From assembly GCA_964016885.1 (NCBI GenBank), contig OZ024757.1, positions 28,768,001-28,832,000 of the forward strand: DNA of 64,000 bases. The letters are read 5' to 3'. A program made the translations under genes and the position numbers. How positions within the stretch are numbered: the first letter of the stretch is position 1; the number at the start of each line of letters is the position of its first letter. A model generated the notes under the pieces. It was not told the origin of the DNA. It did no database searches and was given only the letters and a program-made list of their open reading frames with translations. Shown here piece by piece: positions 28,072-42,436 of the stretch. The stretch comes from Eledone cirrhosa. Lineage: Eukaryota.

Positions 28072-28708
28072 CAAAAGAAACCAGAGGTTATGCGCAAAAG
28101 AGAAGACCGTACTGGTATGGACATGTGATGTGTATGGAAGATGATCAATGGGTCAAGAAGTGCCAGGAAATCCCAGTGGATGGTAATTGCACTAGAGGAA
28201 TACCAAAGCAGACATGGGCAGAATGTTGAGAGGACTTATCCATTGTGTCAAGAGCATGACAACGTCACTAGTGTTGGTATCACAATAAAACAGACCGACT
28301 GCACTCTGTAAAGTGCTTGGTGTTAGGAAAGGCATCCAGCCATAGAAATCATGCCAGAAGTCAACAGAACACTTCCATTGTGTCAAGAGCACAATAACCT
28401 CTCTGGTGTAGTGTCACTATAAAACACACCAGTATACTTGCTTATATGCTTGGTGATAGGAATAGCATGCAACCAAAGAAAATTTGCCAAACAAATGATT
28501 GAGAGAACTCTTCAGTAATGTCAAAGATATTACAACCTCCCTAGAGCAAGTGCCATGATAAACTGTACACCTTGAACACTGTAGTGAGGCAATGTATGTA
28601 AACGAGATGCAGCCCTGGCCGATCTGAGAGATCAGTAGCTCCTGTTAAGTACAAACTTCATCTGTAACAACCTGTCCCACTCGTGCTAGCAGGGAAAACA
28701 TATTAAAT

Positions 28709-28897
28709 AATTGTTTCTACTTTTGGCACTAGGCCAGCAATTATCCCAGTGTATGACTGGTACTTTATTTTATCAACCCCCGTAAGGATGAAAGGCAAAG
28801 TTAACCTCAGCGGGATTTGAACTCAGACCGTAAAAGGACGTAACTGTGCTGTAAAGCATGGCGTCCGACCCTCTACCGATACTGCCAATCCACCGCC
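28709..28897 (-). mobile_element. SINE family M copy
   Basis: Full-length match to the other copies. Confidence 0.85.
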
Positions 28898-28924
28898 CTT
28901 AAATATTAAATAATGATGACAATT

Positions 28925-28957
<33 letters not shown>

Positions 28958-29630
28958 TAGGAAGGGCATCCAGTTGTAGAAATCAAGCCAGAATTAGTTC
29001 CCATATGAGCAAGACATGGTCAGCAGACCGGCTACTGCCCACAAGACAACCCGTCTAACCCATGCTACCATGGAAGAACGGACGTAAAACGATGATGATG
29101 ATGACGATATATATATATATATTTATATATACACACACACACACTTGTGCTTGCATCTGAAGAAATAGATTTTTTTTTATCGCTCTTCCACACATTCTGC
29201 ACCACCACATACAGTCTGCCATGGTTGCCATAACTAGACCTTGAAACATAAGGTAGTGCATTACACTACATGTATGAATAAATATATATACACACACACA
29301 CACATGAGCATGGAATATAGACATTAAATGATGATATATATATATATATCTGTGTGCGCCTGTGTAAGTATTTGTGTATAAATTTATGTATAAACGGTTC
29401 AAGTAATTTATAATATGAAAGACAAACCCAAACAAAAATCTATTAAAGAATGTTTCAGTTCCTTAATTGTTTTACCTGTCACAACACCTGTTGTTACTGA
29501 TTTACCTTGAAATAACACCAACAATACTGCCTACTATCATTTGTAAAGTGGGGACTGAAGGAATGAAATTTATCACAAACATAAACATATATGTGTGTGT
29601 CTGTCTGTGTACGTATGTATATGCATAGAT

Positions 29631-29670
<40 letters not shown>

Positions 29671-29673
<3 letters not shown>

Positions 29674-29822
29674 GTAGGAGGTGAGTTTTATTGTAGTACA
29701 ATAAAGCAATGCAGATATCGGATAAGAAGCACTCTACAGTTTGTGGGACTGGAGTATACATAATATATAAGAACAAAAGATGGTTAAAGGAGTTCCATAT
29801 ATTTTATTATGCGCATTTCAAT
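29671..29822 (-). mobile_element. pLTR-like module starting with the 3' half of a hammerhead
   Basis: Reverse strand GAAA tgcgc ATA ataaaata, then a body near-identical to 9024-9150 including ctgtagagtgc. Confidence 0.7.
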
Positions 29823-29843
29823 ATATCTTATATTCTTATATAT

Positions 29844-29874
<31 letters not shown>

Positions 29875-29875
<1 letters not shown>

Positions 29876-29950
29876 GGGTGACCCCCAAAATGTATACACA
29901 TATTTATTAGAATGCTGTTGAAGTGTTTATACATTTTGGAAGACACCCTG
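29875..29950. mobile_element. About 75-bp Tc1/mariner-type MITE
   Basis: cagggtgacccccaaaatgtata...tatacattttggaagacaccctg-TA. Confidence 0.8.
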
Positions 29951-29973
29951 TATATATATATATATATATATAT

Positions 29974-30148
29974 AGTAGAGGAAGACCACGAAAAACATGG
30001 GCGGAGGTGGTGAGAGCAGACCTCAGATCGCTGAAGCTCACGGTGGAGATGACAAAGGACTGTGACAAGTGGGGAGATGCTGTGCTGAATAGGACCCGTC
30101 CCACCCTTGCAAGCAGGGAAAAGCGGACGTGATCATGATGATGATGAT
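29974..30148 (+). mobile_element. 5'-truncated RTE LINE 3' end (young family)
   Basis: Near-identical to 58735-58900; (ATG)n tail. Confidence 0.9.
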
Positions 30149-30950
30149 ATATACACACACACACACACGTATATATATGCACACAGACACGTGTGTGTGT
30201 ATATATATATGTATATATATATATGCACACATACATGTATGTGTATATATATATATACATCCATATGAGTGTGTTTATATATACATATGAGTGTATGTGT
30301 GTACAGTTAAAATTATGTATTATCTTACTTTCTAAAAGATAGGGTAACTAATCAACTGGAATTAATACACTTTGCATGTCTTCTAGTTTATTTCTGTATG
30401 GTATGTACAGTGTGTATATAGTGTATATATAGTGTGAGTGTATGGTGGTATGTACAGTGTGTTGTGTTTTGTGCGTGGTGCGTGTGGGTATGTAGTGTGG
30501 TGTGTGTGGTATGTAGTGTAGTCTATATTTTGTTCTGTGAAGTGTGTTGTATATTGTGTGTAGTCTATGCTGTATGTAATATGATGTATGTGGTGGCTGT
30601 AGTGTCTATGTAGCGGGTCTAGTGTGAATGTGGTGGGTGTAGTGTGTGTAATGGCTGTAGTGTGTGGTGTGTGTAAATGGTTGGTGTAGTGTGTGGTGGG
30701 TGTTGAGTTATGTTCCAAACACCAGTTTAATAATGAGAAATTTAGCTATATTACTAAATCCCTGAAAATACTTGTTTATTCTTTCAAAATTATCTCAAAA
30801 TTTTAGGCAGTATCTTTCATGGGAAATATGGTAAATATATTCCTAAAGAATGACAATGTTTATGGCTTTGAAAATAATCAAGAATCTAGAGGGAATTAGT
30901 AATATAACTAACTTTCTCATTATTAGATTGATGTTTGAAGCATAGCTTAA

Positions 30951-31240
30951 CCCTTTAGCAACCAAACCGGCCATATCCGGCCAGAAATCTTTCACCTCTT
31001 TCTGTTCAAACCGGCCATAACTGGTGGCTTATACTTATGTTAAATAGATTCGATATTATTATGGTAGATAAAGCCTTTACCATGAAAATACAATAGTATA
31101 TATAGTTGTTTCTACTTTAGGCACAAGGCCAGCAATTACCCAGTACATTACTGGTACTTTATTTTATCGACCCCGTAAGGATGAATGGCAAAGTTAACCT
31201 CAGCGGGATTTGAACTCAGTCCGTAGTAAATGCTAAAGGG
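30951..31240. mobile_element. piggyBac MITE A with nested SINE-M (31106-31225)
   Basis: TTAA-ccctttagca ... gtaaatgctaaaggg-TTAA enclosing a SINE fragment. Confidence 0.82.
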
Positions 31241-31566
31241 TTAAAAGTTTTTACATAAAATTATGATTGGAGGCTTTGTAAGTAAACCTGAATATTTCAA
31301 AATAAACAACTTTGTATTGTAGAAACAGTGTGGTTTCAGGTGGTTTGCTATCAAAAGCATTAAATCCATCTTGACTAAGATTATAACCATTTCATCTTCA
31401 CAGTCAATCATTTCCTGTTCCCTTCCCCCAGAGATAAAGTGTGACTGCATCTATTGACTGTTGATTAGGGATGTTGATCTTGTAAAGACAGAAATAACAG
31501 ACATTTAACATTCCATATATTTTGTAATAGTTTGGCTCTTACTGATTTTCTTTACTGTCTTTTTTT

Positions 31567-31823
31567 TATGGGCATGTGGTTAGAATGTCTCAGGAAAGAA
31601 TCGCTGGACAAATTTTACGGGCAAAAACCAACAAGCAAGAGACACAGGGGTTGACCCCGTGCAAGATGGTTGGATAATGTCCAATGAGCTTTGCTGGTCT
31701 CGCTTGGCGATCCAGCTGGATTAGTTGGAAACGGTTGGGTTGCTTCTGACAGGACCTGTTGGAAAGAGTGTTTGAGGACTCTGCCCCCAGGACCCTCTCA
31801 GGAATTAATGGGCGAAGAAGAAG
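31567..31823 (+). mobile_element. Second RTE family (Expander/Rex3-like) C-terminus
   Basis: YGHVVRMSQERIAGQIL...PRARWLD...DRTCWKECLRTLPPGP across frameshifts; GAA tail. Confidence 0.78.
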
Positions 31824-33174
31824 TCTTTTTTTTTTTAATGGTACCAATGCACCTGGCCCACTCTCTAAAGTGGCAGTGTTAGTGCCATGATATAATGCAC
31901 CCAGCCCATTTTGTAAAATGGTAGTGCTGGTGCCATGATAAAATGACCCCAGTCCACCCTGTGCTGGAGTCAGTGTTAAAATGCTCCCTGTACATGCCAT
32001 AAATTGACTGACAAACCAAAAATGGAGCACATAAGCAAAACAGGATCACCTGATCTGTCTAGCATGGAAAACAGATTGTAAACTGTGATGATGATGATGA
32101 GGATACAGTGGGCCTACATCTAATATGATCAACTCGTTGCCCAGCTATTTTTTTCTTTTACTTGTTTCAATCAGACTATGACCAGTCTGGGGCAATGCCT
32201 TGATTTAATCAATCATATCAACCCCAGCACTTAATTTTCCAAATCTGGTACTTCATTTATCAATCTCTTTTGTTGAACTACTAAGTTATCTATCCATCCA
32301 TCTACATTCCTACCTACACACCTACCTATTTACCTCCTAGCTAAACTGCTAATTATCAGTAACTCCCTCAATGTACCTGAATCAGCCAGCCTACAGGTAA
32401 AGGTAAGGTGGGGTGGCTGGGTAGGTAGTTTGGCAGATAGGTGGAGGGATAGGTAGATGGGGGAGTGTCTGTCTGAACAGTGGCTATTGCAAGAGGTGAC
32501 AGAGTTCCTTTTTCACCTAACCCCACCTAACTTGTCATGGGGCAGTGCCTGTTAAATGAACCACACCAAAATATGATGGGCATGATGTGGCAAAAGATTA
32601 CAGGCACCATCTGTCATGTGTGACTGTGTGTGTCGGTATGTGAGTGCGTGTGGATATATATGTGTGTGTGCGTATATATATATGTGTCTGTGTGTGAGTA
32701 TGTATGAATATACATATATATATATATACTTGTGTTACACATTCTCTCAAAGCCACCCAATCAAACACGAATACCCACACACTCAGACTCACACACACAT
32801 ACATACAACCACCACCACTACCACCATCACACATACCTTCAGTGACCCCTCTTTACCTGCCTTCCCTATCTTTGTTTCAATTAACTGTAAAACGATCCAG
32901 CAACAGATTGTCTTACACCCTTAGTTAACTTAGGCTTCTTGCTGCTGCTGTTGTCGTTGTTTAGCCCCTGGTCACCCATGATCCAATAAGGCCACGATCA
33001 GAGGCACTCCAGCTATGACCATCCCATCCCTCACATGATATATCCTTCCTTGTTTTTTTTTTCTTTTTAAAATGTTAAAATGTCAGGTGAGAAGTTTGGA
33101 TGCTACCTTATGGTGAGAAAAATTTGGGTGTTATAGTGGTATATCGCATAGACCATGTGTATGTGTGTGTGTGC

Positions 33175-33215
<41 letters not shown>

Positions 33216-33385
33216 AACATTAGTGTCTGCAGTTCTGTTTACATGCCAACACAAGAGCGAGAATGAGGGGCTCATTCTACTGACATGGCGTTAAAAATGA
33301 GGCTGTTTGCATAATTGCAAACGAATCAAATATTATTATTAATATTCGAAAAACTCAGATTACATTTATTATATATATATGCACG

Positions 33386-34160
33386 TGAGGTTTGTCCCAA
33401 AAGTAAGGGTCCTGATGTTTGATTTAAATATATATTAAACGTACATGAAAACACAAGTTATCTCCTTCAAAATACCACCCTTGGGAAATCACACATTGGT
33501 TCCAGCATTTTTTCTATCGGAGTCATTTTCTGTGACTGTCCTTAGCTCATCGGTTAACATGTTTTGCATGTTTTCTACAGTCCCAAAATGATGACTCTTC
33601 AACTTTGATTTTAACTTAGGGAAGAGGTAGAGATCACATGTTGCCAGATCTGGCTTGTAGGAAGGATGTGGAAGAGTGAGAATGGTTTTTGTTTGTTTTT
33701 TTTTTGCCAGAAATTCTCTAATTGAAAGTGATGTGTGAGCAGACACATTATTGTGGTACAGAACCCAATCTCCTACAATGTCCTTTAGGACTTGCTGGAC
33801 CTGTTTTCGAAGTCAAAGACATCTTTGTAAAAGGTGTGATTAACTGTCTGCTCAGGAGGCAACATTTTTTGTGAACAATACTACGGTTGTTGAAAAAATA
33901 ATAATCATCGTTTTCACCCTGTATCTGCTCAGGCATGCTTTCTTTGAACAAGGAGAATTTTTCATGTGCCACTTCTCACTCTGCCATTTTGTCTTTGTAT
34001 TGCACTTGAACATCCACAATTCGTCTGTTATAAATTTATTCAAGAGATTTGGTTCAATTTTGAGTCTTTCTAGCAAATGCTGACAAATTTCCAACTGGTT
34101 CGCATTTTGCTCCACAGATAAAATGTTTGGGAACTAATTTTGCACACATTTTTCACGTTA
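33386..34160 (-). mobile_element. mariner 3' part, degenerate transposase
   Basis: Minus-strand FITDELW, HPSYKPDLATCDLYLFPKLK (YSPDLAP-like); terminal TIR same as at 27713. Confidence 0.85.
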
Positions 34161-34162
34161 TA

Positions 34163-34502
34163 CATCATCATCATTTCATTTTACGTCCGCTTTTTCCCTG
34201 CTTGCAAGGGTAGGACGGGAACTGATGCTGGCTTGATTTCTACAGCTGGATGCCCTTCCTAACACCAACCTCATTTACAGTGAGTGCTGGGTGCTTTTTT
34301 GCCGTGGCACCTCCAAGACCACTTTGCAGTGGAATGATAAGGACCTCAGTCCATATCATCTCATTTCTACAGCTGAGTAAACTGGAGCAATGTGAAATAA
34401 AGTGTCTTGCTCAAGGAAACAACACATCACCCGGTCTGAGAATTGAACGCACAACCTTTCGATTGCAAGGCCAATGCTCTAACCACTAAGCCATGTGCCT
34501 CC
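34163..34502 (-). mobile_element. CORE-like SINE family C1
   Basis: Full copy, near-identical to 41769-42104. Confidence 0.9.
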
Positions 34503-34825
34503 ATATACAAATATATACATATATACAAGTATACATATATACAGCCCCAAAAGTAAGTTTCATCAATATACAGATAAAACCATAATTAGCTTTTTAATTT
34601 TTCAGTGAGTCTATAGAATGGATTGTCTGGGGATTTTATGACAAATTCAGTCAATTCCATGCTCAAATCGAGTTCAAAGGGGACACACAAATGAGGAAAC
34701 CACACACAATATTAAAAATCATATTTCTGCTCTTTGTAATGTTTTGTTTCTAAATAATATACAGCTATATATCACAAAAGGCAAATAGTGAGGGCTGCCT
34801 AGTTTATTTATCTATTTTCTTTTCT

Positions 34826-35045
34826 TCAGGTTGTGATGTTCCAGGTTCCATTTGTCAAGTTTTGTTCCCTTCCATTCTTTGGAGGTCTCAAGATATGCAA
34901 TCTTTGTGCGTTCAACCCACACCTCCCAGGACAAGTCGCAGGTCCATCGTCAGTTTTTGCAGCATGAAATGGAGACTGCAATATATTTTTCAAACAGGCC
35001 CTCTCTATATAATGCCTGAATGCATCCCTTGTTAATCTGCACGAA
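34826..35045 (-). mobile_element. LINE 5' fragment including the start of an APE endonuclease
   Basis: Minus ORF ends LTNGTWNITT, resembling the GTWNVRTL start of RTE APE domains. Confidence 0.5.
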
Positions 35046-35162
35046 GGGCTCTGCCCCAACGACCCTCAGAGGAATAAGTGGGTGAAGAAGATATGTATGC
35101 ATACACACGTGATTTTTTTTGTGTTTATATATATATATTATTAGTACAGATTATTATTATTA

Positions 35163-35264
35163 CTATATATATACATATATATATATATATATACATATAT
35201 ATACATATATATATACATATATATACATATATATATATACATATATATACATATATATATATAC

Positions 35265-35339
<75 letters not shown>

Positions 35340-35350
35340 CATATATATAC

Positions 35351-35395
<45 letters not shown>

Positions 35396-35400
35396 TATAC

Positions 35401-35451
<51 letters not shown>

Positions 35452-35456
35452 TATAC

Positions 35457-35514
<58 letters not shown>

Positions 35515-36834
35515 GCATATATATACATATATATATATATATACATACATATATATATACATATATATATACATATATATATACATATATATATACATAT
35601 ATATATATACATACATATATATATACATATATATATATACATACATATATATATACATATATATATATACATACATATATATACACATATGTATATACAT
35701 ACATATATATACATATATATATACATACATATATACATACATATACATATATATATATAGATATATATATACACATACATATATATACATATATATATAT
35801 ATATACATATATATATACATACATACATATACATACATACATATATATATATATATACACATACATATATATACACATATACTTATATACACATATATAT
35901 AGATATATATATACATATATATATATATACACATACATATATATATATACACATACATATATATATACATGCATATATACACACATACATATATATATAC
36001 ACACATACACATACATACATATATATATACACATACATATATATATACATACATAGTAATAATAATAAATTTGAAGACTAAAATCCAAAGACTAAAATCC
36101 GTTATTTTAAATAATATATATACATACATATATACACATACATATATATATATATACACATACATATATATATACATATATATATATACATATATATATA
36201 TATTTACACATACATATGTATATATATATACATACATATATATATATATATTTACACTTACATATGTATATATATATACATACATATATATATATATATA
36301 TACACATACATATGTATATATACACACATACATATATATATACACATACATATATATATATATACACATACATATATATACACATATATATATATACATA
36401 CATATATATATATACACATATATATATATACATACATACATATATATATATACGCATATATATATATATATACATACATACATACATATATATATACATA
36501 CACATACATATATATATATACATACACATACATATATATATATACATACATACACATACATATATATATATACACATACATATGTATATATACATACATA
36601 TATATATATACATACATATATATATATACACATATATATATATATATACACACACATATATATATATATACATACATATATATACACATATATATACACA
36701 TACATATATATACACATACATATATATACACACATACATATATATACACATATATATATATATACATACATATATATACACACATATATATATATACATA
36801 CATATACACACATATGTATACATATATATATGTC

Positions 36835-36895
<61 letters not shown>
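35163..36895. repeat. Large (TA)n/(TACA)n compound microsatellite
   Basis: Direct observation; short unique spacer at about 36056-36112. Confidence 0.97.
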
Positions 36896-37010
36896 ATTTA
36901 TGTAAGTATGCATATATGCAGATCACAAATTCTAAAATTCATGTACATATATATCTAATTTCCTTCCATGGCTATTAAGAATCATCAATTCACACAAACA
37001 CAAATATAGC

Positions 37011-37044
<34 letters not shown>

Positions 37045-37202
37045 GAGAGAGAGTTGTTCCGTATGTGAATATTAGTATTAAAATAGACCTATATCTATGC
37101 ATACTAATGTTATTACATTCATATATGTCAATACTAATGAGAAATTTATTTATATATGCAAATTATATCCACACACTCATACACACACACACACATTTAT
37201 AA

Positions 37203-37233
<31 letters not shown>

Positions 37234-37495
37234 TAAGTATATATATATATGCATATAATAACCTATGTATGTAAATTGTGTGTCTGCATATATATATATA
37301 TATATTTGTGTTTAAATATATATATGTGACAGCTTTTTCTATCCTCTCTGATTTCTGTGTCTGTGTGTATGATCTCTTTCTTTTTTCAATCAGAGAGCAG
37401 TTATTTAAATATTAAATATATAAATATATGGGTGTATAATACAAATATGTATGTCTGTATATATATATATATATATACATATGTGTGTGTGCGTG

Positions 37496-37543
<48 letters not shown>

Positions 37544-37978
37544 AGCACATGCTGAAGCATACATCTAGTATACACCACTTACACCTCCATCCCCCTTCTA
37601 TACACCTCCCATGTCCTAAGACTCCACCCCCCTCACACACGCCCCTATGCCCACCACCCTAATCCCCCGCACAAAATCCCCACCAAACACTGTTAAGTGA
37701 TTATGTAGGTGACACGACAAAAAGCACCCAGCCCACACTGTAAAGTGGTTGCGTAGGTGACGCTACAAAATGCGCCCAACACACACTGTAGAGTGATCTA
37801 GAGTGGGGCGTTAGAACATGGACGGAATGTTAGGATGTGTGAAGTGTATTTGGTCACCCAACTAACAGAAATTGTCAACTGCTTCTATGCTACCCTCTAA
37901 GAATTTAATAGAGCTTGTTTCCTGTGAGCATTTGCTGCTTGCTCCTGTGCATCTTAAAAGAGTATGGTGCCCCCACCC

Positions 37979-38013
<35 letters not shown>

Positions 38014-38015
38014 AT

Positions 38016-38199
38016 CAGGTTTCCCAAACTTATTCAAACATGGAACCCTTTTTGGTCCAGAAACTTTTGGAGGAACCCCAAAATCTAATACTGTTATATG
38101 GTTGTAATATAAATATACTCCTCTACCGTTTTTTGTGGAACCCCAGACACTTGTTTGCGGAACCATTGGGTTCCGTAGAACCCACTTTGGGAACCGCTG
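38016..38199. mobile_element. hAT-type MITE
   Basis: TIR caggtttcccaaa / tttgggaaccgctg; 8-bp flanks gtaaatat / gtatgtat; internal ggaaccc motifs. Confidence 0.75.
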
Positions 38200-38272
38200 G
38201 TATGTATGTATATATATATATATAAAAAGGGCAAAGGAGCTCTTAAGCATCAATGGCAATCCAAAATCACCG

Positions 38273-38680
38273 GGAGAGATGACCCCTTAGCCTTTGTCAA
38301 GGCAGAATTCTAGGAGAAGGAAAACTCTGATATAACACCTGCAACCCTGATGGTATCCAATGATGTTGACTTGTTCTTCTTTTTGGTAAATATCATCTTG
38401 GTTAAGAGAGTGGGACTGGCTTTGTGCAGTGCCTTTGCTCACTATAAAAGCTTCACGGCACAGGCATTTCTTTATATCTGGAGATCTCTCTGCACTTGTC
38501 GTCACACGGTACCATGGGCCCAGCACTATGTGTCAATAATTGTCACAAGTGTAGTGTTTGTACCAGAGTTTTCAAGTCGCTGGCTGGACTAAAAAGTCAC
38601 ACTTGTTCAGCGCATCGGTAGGAGTTCTCCTACATGGATATAACGTAGTGGCCGTACTCGAAAACGAGTTGGCAGCCACC
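38273..38680 (+). mobile_element. Probable LINE (RTE-like) 5' leader fragment
   Basis: GC-richer island with ctaggagaaggaaaactctga, recalled from RTE 5' regions; not verified. Confidence 0.3.
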
Positions 38681-39596
38681 ATATATATATGTATGTGTGT
38701 GTATATATCATCATCATCATCATCATCACTGTTTAAGGTCCATTTTTCCACGCTGGCATGGGTTAGATGAGTTATCCTGTTGCGAGCAATGATAGGTCAG
38801 GTAACCATGTCTTTCTCACACGGAACCGATTTTGGCTTGGTGTCTACAGCTGGATGCCATTCCTAGCACCAACCTCATTTAGAGAGTACTGGGTGCTTTT
38901 TGTCATGACACCTACACAACCACTTTACAGTAAGGGCTGGATGCTTTTTGTCATACACGACCACTTAATGTGTGTGTGTATATATATATATATATATACT
39001 CCCAACTTCCACATTATGTGTTGATTGCTCTTTTCTTTCATTTGCACCCACACCTGTGTGTGTGAGTATACACACACAACTGCACACATATATGCATCTA
39101 CACACATAGAAATATAACTACATCCACACCATAACCATTGACAGCATCAGAAAACTGTGACTAATAATGACACTAAACTAATTAACTACCCCCCCCCCCT
39201 TTCGTTCTGGTGCTGATGCTGACCATAAATGTGATTGGAGGGGGTGGAAAATCATATTATATATATATATATAAAATATATATATGTACGTATATATACA
39301 CACATATATATATACACACACACGCACACATACGCACATATATATACACACACACACACATATATACACACACACACACACACACAAATATATATATATA
39401 TTAATATTTAAGATGATTGCTATTTGCTGCTACTAATCCATAGCTTTGATGTCTGTCTCAAAGAGAAATGTACTGGAATGGTTCTTAGTTTTTTACTCTT
39501 TCTCTCTTTCATATATATATATATTTATATATATATATATATATATATATAGTTATAGGAATAACCAAAGAGTGTTTAGAAATACATTGTTTTATT

Positions 39597-39643
39597 AGCT
39601 AACAGTGTTTCATCCATACACCATGGCAGGAATCATCAGAGCC
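39597..39643 (-). ncRNA. Minimal type I hammerhead motif
   Basis: ggct CTGATGA ttcctgccatggtgtatggat GAAA cact GTT agct. Confidence 0.62.
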
Positions 39644-39774
39644 TATAAACCTGAGTATATCAGTAGTTGCATGCTCCATCGAGCTGCGTCACCAGAACAA
39701 AAGACATAGAAATCAAACAAGAACTAATCTGAGATAGTGTGGGGTTTGTGTTCTTGTTTATATGAGGCAGAGAG

Positions 39775-39872
39775 GAGAAGAGACTGTGGGGAGGTAAGAG
39801 GAGAGACTGGGGAGGGAAGAGGAGAGACTGGGGAGGGAAGAGGAGAGACTGGGGAGGGAAGAGGAGAGACTG
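39775..39872. repeat. 21-bp minisatellite gaggagagactggggagggaa
   Basis: About four tandem units. Confidence 0.9.
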
Positions 39873-41524
39873 TGTGGAAGAAGATGAGGCAAGGTGATGG
39901 GAGGAAGATGAGGTAAGGTGATGGGATGAGGAGAGACTGTGAAGCGGAAGATGAAATGGAAGGTAATGGTAGGCAGAAGTGGAGAGATTGTGAGGAGGAA
40001 GGTGAGGAAGGAAGATGAGGAGGGGTAGTGATGAGGAAGATGAGGAGTAGTGATGGGAAGAGGGAGAGCAGGGAGTGGATGAATAATTTCATTATATTTC
40101 ATTGTAATTATATTGTTCGATGAGGATGGATTTGGGGAGGGGGGGTTAGGGACGGATTGGGGGAGGGGGGGGTTATGGGGGGGTTGTCTTGGTATTGTTT
40201 TGGTCACCCTTGGCCACACTTTGGGATCAAGCAGAGACAAAAGTAAAAACAAAACAAAAAAAAACAAAAAAAAAAACAACAACAATAAACTTACCAATAG
40301 TGAAGAAATAAATAAAACATCAGTAGTTGTTAATTAATATTGATGGGGGGGGGGGGGGTAGCGATGGTGGTGGAGGAGATGATGGTGGTGGTTGTGGTGG
40401 TGATGATGATGGCAGTACTGGTTGGTGATACCAACACTAGAGGTGGAGCTGGTGGTGGTGGTGTTGGTGGTGGTGGTGTTGGTGCTGGTGGTTGGTGATA
40501 ACAACACTAGAGATGGCGGTGGTGGAGTTGGTGGTGGTGATGGTGGTATTGGTGATGGTGGTGTTGGTGGTGCTGGTGGTTGGTGATAACAACACTAGAG
40601 ATTGGTGGTAGTGGAAGTGGTTGGTGATACCAACACTAGAGATGGCTGTGGTGGTGGTAGTGGTTGTAGTGGCAGTGCTGTTGTAGTTGTTGGTGGTAGA
40701 TGTATTGTTGTTGTTGTTGTTGTTGCCAATAGTAGTAGTAGTGGCTGTGGCAGGGTTGTTATAGTTATTGTTGCTGGTGTTTCTAGGTGGGTGGGAGGTG
40801 GTGGTAGTGGCAGTGGCGGTGGTGGTTTTGGTAGTTGCAGCAGTAGTGGTGGTGATGTTGGCAGTGGCGATGGTGGTGGCGGCAGTGGTAGTGGCAGTGG
40901 CGATGGTGTTGGTGGCAGTGGTAGTGGCGATGATGGTGTTGGTGGCAGTAGTGGTGGTAGTTGCGGTGGCAGTGGTGATGAAAATTGATGTTTTATCACC
41001 CTGTCATGAAATGTTCTGCTATTTAATCATTAATAACCCACTAACACCCCATTTCCCCTTCCCCCCATCCATCCCAGGCATGACCACCACCTCTGAGGAT
41101 CTTTCACCTTTCACCTTTTATATTCTCCTTGTTGAGCATGTTTATAAATAAAGGTTCAATATGTAGAAGATAGGGAACCAGGCTGGGTGAGGGTGGGGTG
41201 GGTTAGCAGGGGTTGTTTCATGGTGCCGACAGTAATTTAGTAATTAATCATCTAATTGCAAATGAACTGATGGAGCCTCCTACATGGATGCTTTTAACTT
41301 GTTAGAAATAGCAACTAAATTGCCCTCAAATCATAATTACAAATGAACAACCAATAGAGAGAAATCTCTACATGGTTGCTCAAACTGCTAGAAATAGCAG
41401 GCACATCGCCTTCAAGTCATACCTCATTGTCTTATGTATGTGTGTGTGTGTGTGAGTGTATGTGTGTGTGTAGTATAAGAATAAAGGAATAAAGAATCAG
41501 TGTTGCATCATAACATATTTAATA

Positions 41525-41616
41525 ACATATTACATGTGTTTCACTGTCGATCAGCTCGAGGAACGATCTATTAATGATCGAACCTGACTCTGGAATCGAA
41601 AGATCCTCAGATATGC
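41525..41616 (-). ncRNA. Type I hammerhead motif with extended stem II
   Basis: gcatat CTGAGGA [tct ttcgat..cag..agg..cgatc / gatcg..cct..ctg atcga cagt] GAAA cacat GTA atatgt. Confidence 0.75.
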
Positions 41617-41768
41617 TTCAATATGTAAGCTCGCCTCTCTCACCCGACGTACTGCCTATGGACACAATTATCTAGCACCTCTACACCTATATATATTAGG
41701 AAAAGAGGAGATTTATATAAAGAACTTGTTTTAACAGCTTGTAACTCCTTCATTCATTCATTTGCATG

Positions 41769-42104
41769 TCATCATCATTTCATTTTACATCCACTTTTCC
41801 CTGCTTGCAAGGGTGCGACGGGAACTGATTCTGGCTTGATTTCTACAGCTGGATGCCCTTCCTAACACCAACCTCATTTACAGTGAGTGCTGGGTACTTT
41901 TTTGCCGTGGCACCTACACGACCACTTTGCAGTGGAATGATAGGGACCCCAGTTCTATCATCTCATTTCTACAGCTGAGTAAACTGGAGCAATGTGAAAT
42001 AAAGTGTCCTGCTCAAGGAAACAACACATCACCCGGTCTGAGAATTGAACTCACAACTTTTTGATTGCAAGGCCAATGCTCTAACCAGTTAGCCATGTGC
42101 CTCC
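41769..42104 (-). mobile_element. CORE-like SINE family C1
   Basis: Full copy. Confidence 0.9.
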
Positions 42105-42436
42105 ATATATATATATATATATATATACGCGTGTGTGTGGTTCAATGAAGGAGACACCTACATGGTAACTTTACTTGTTAGAAAAGGCAACTAAATCTCC
42201 CTCAAATCACACTACAGTCATATATGTGTGTGTGTTGTGTGTACAGATGTTATACTGGAGAGGACTTGTCTAACTCATGCAAGCCTGGAAAAATGGACTT
42301 AAAAACAATGATTATGATGATGACAGAGGAGAAAAAAAGCACCAAGAGATAAATGTCTACCAATGATGCTGGTGGTAGATCCTTCCTGAATGGTAGATCT
42401 AACATCTAACTGGGAGGGGAGTGTCATGACTCTTAA

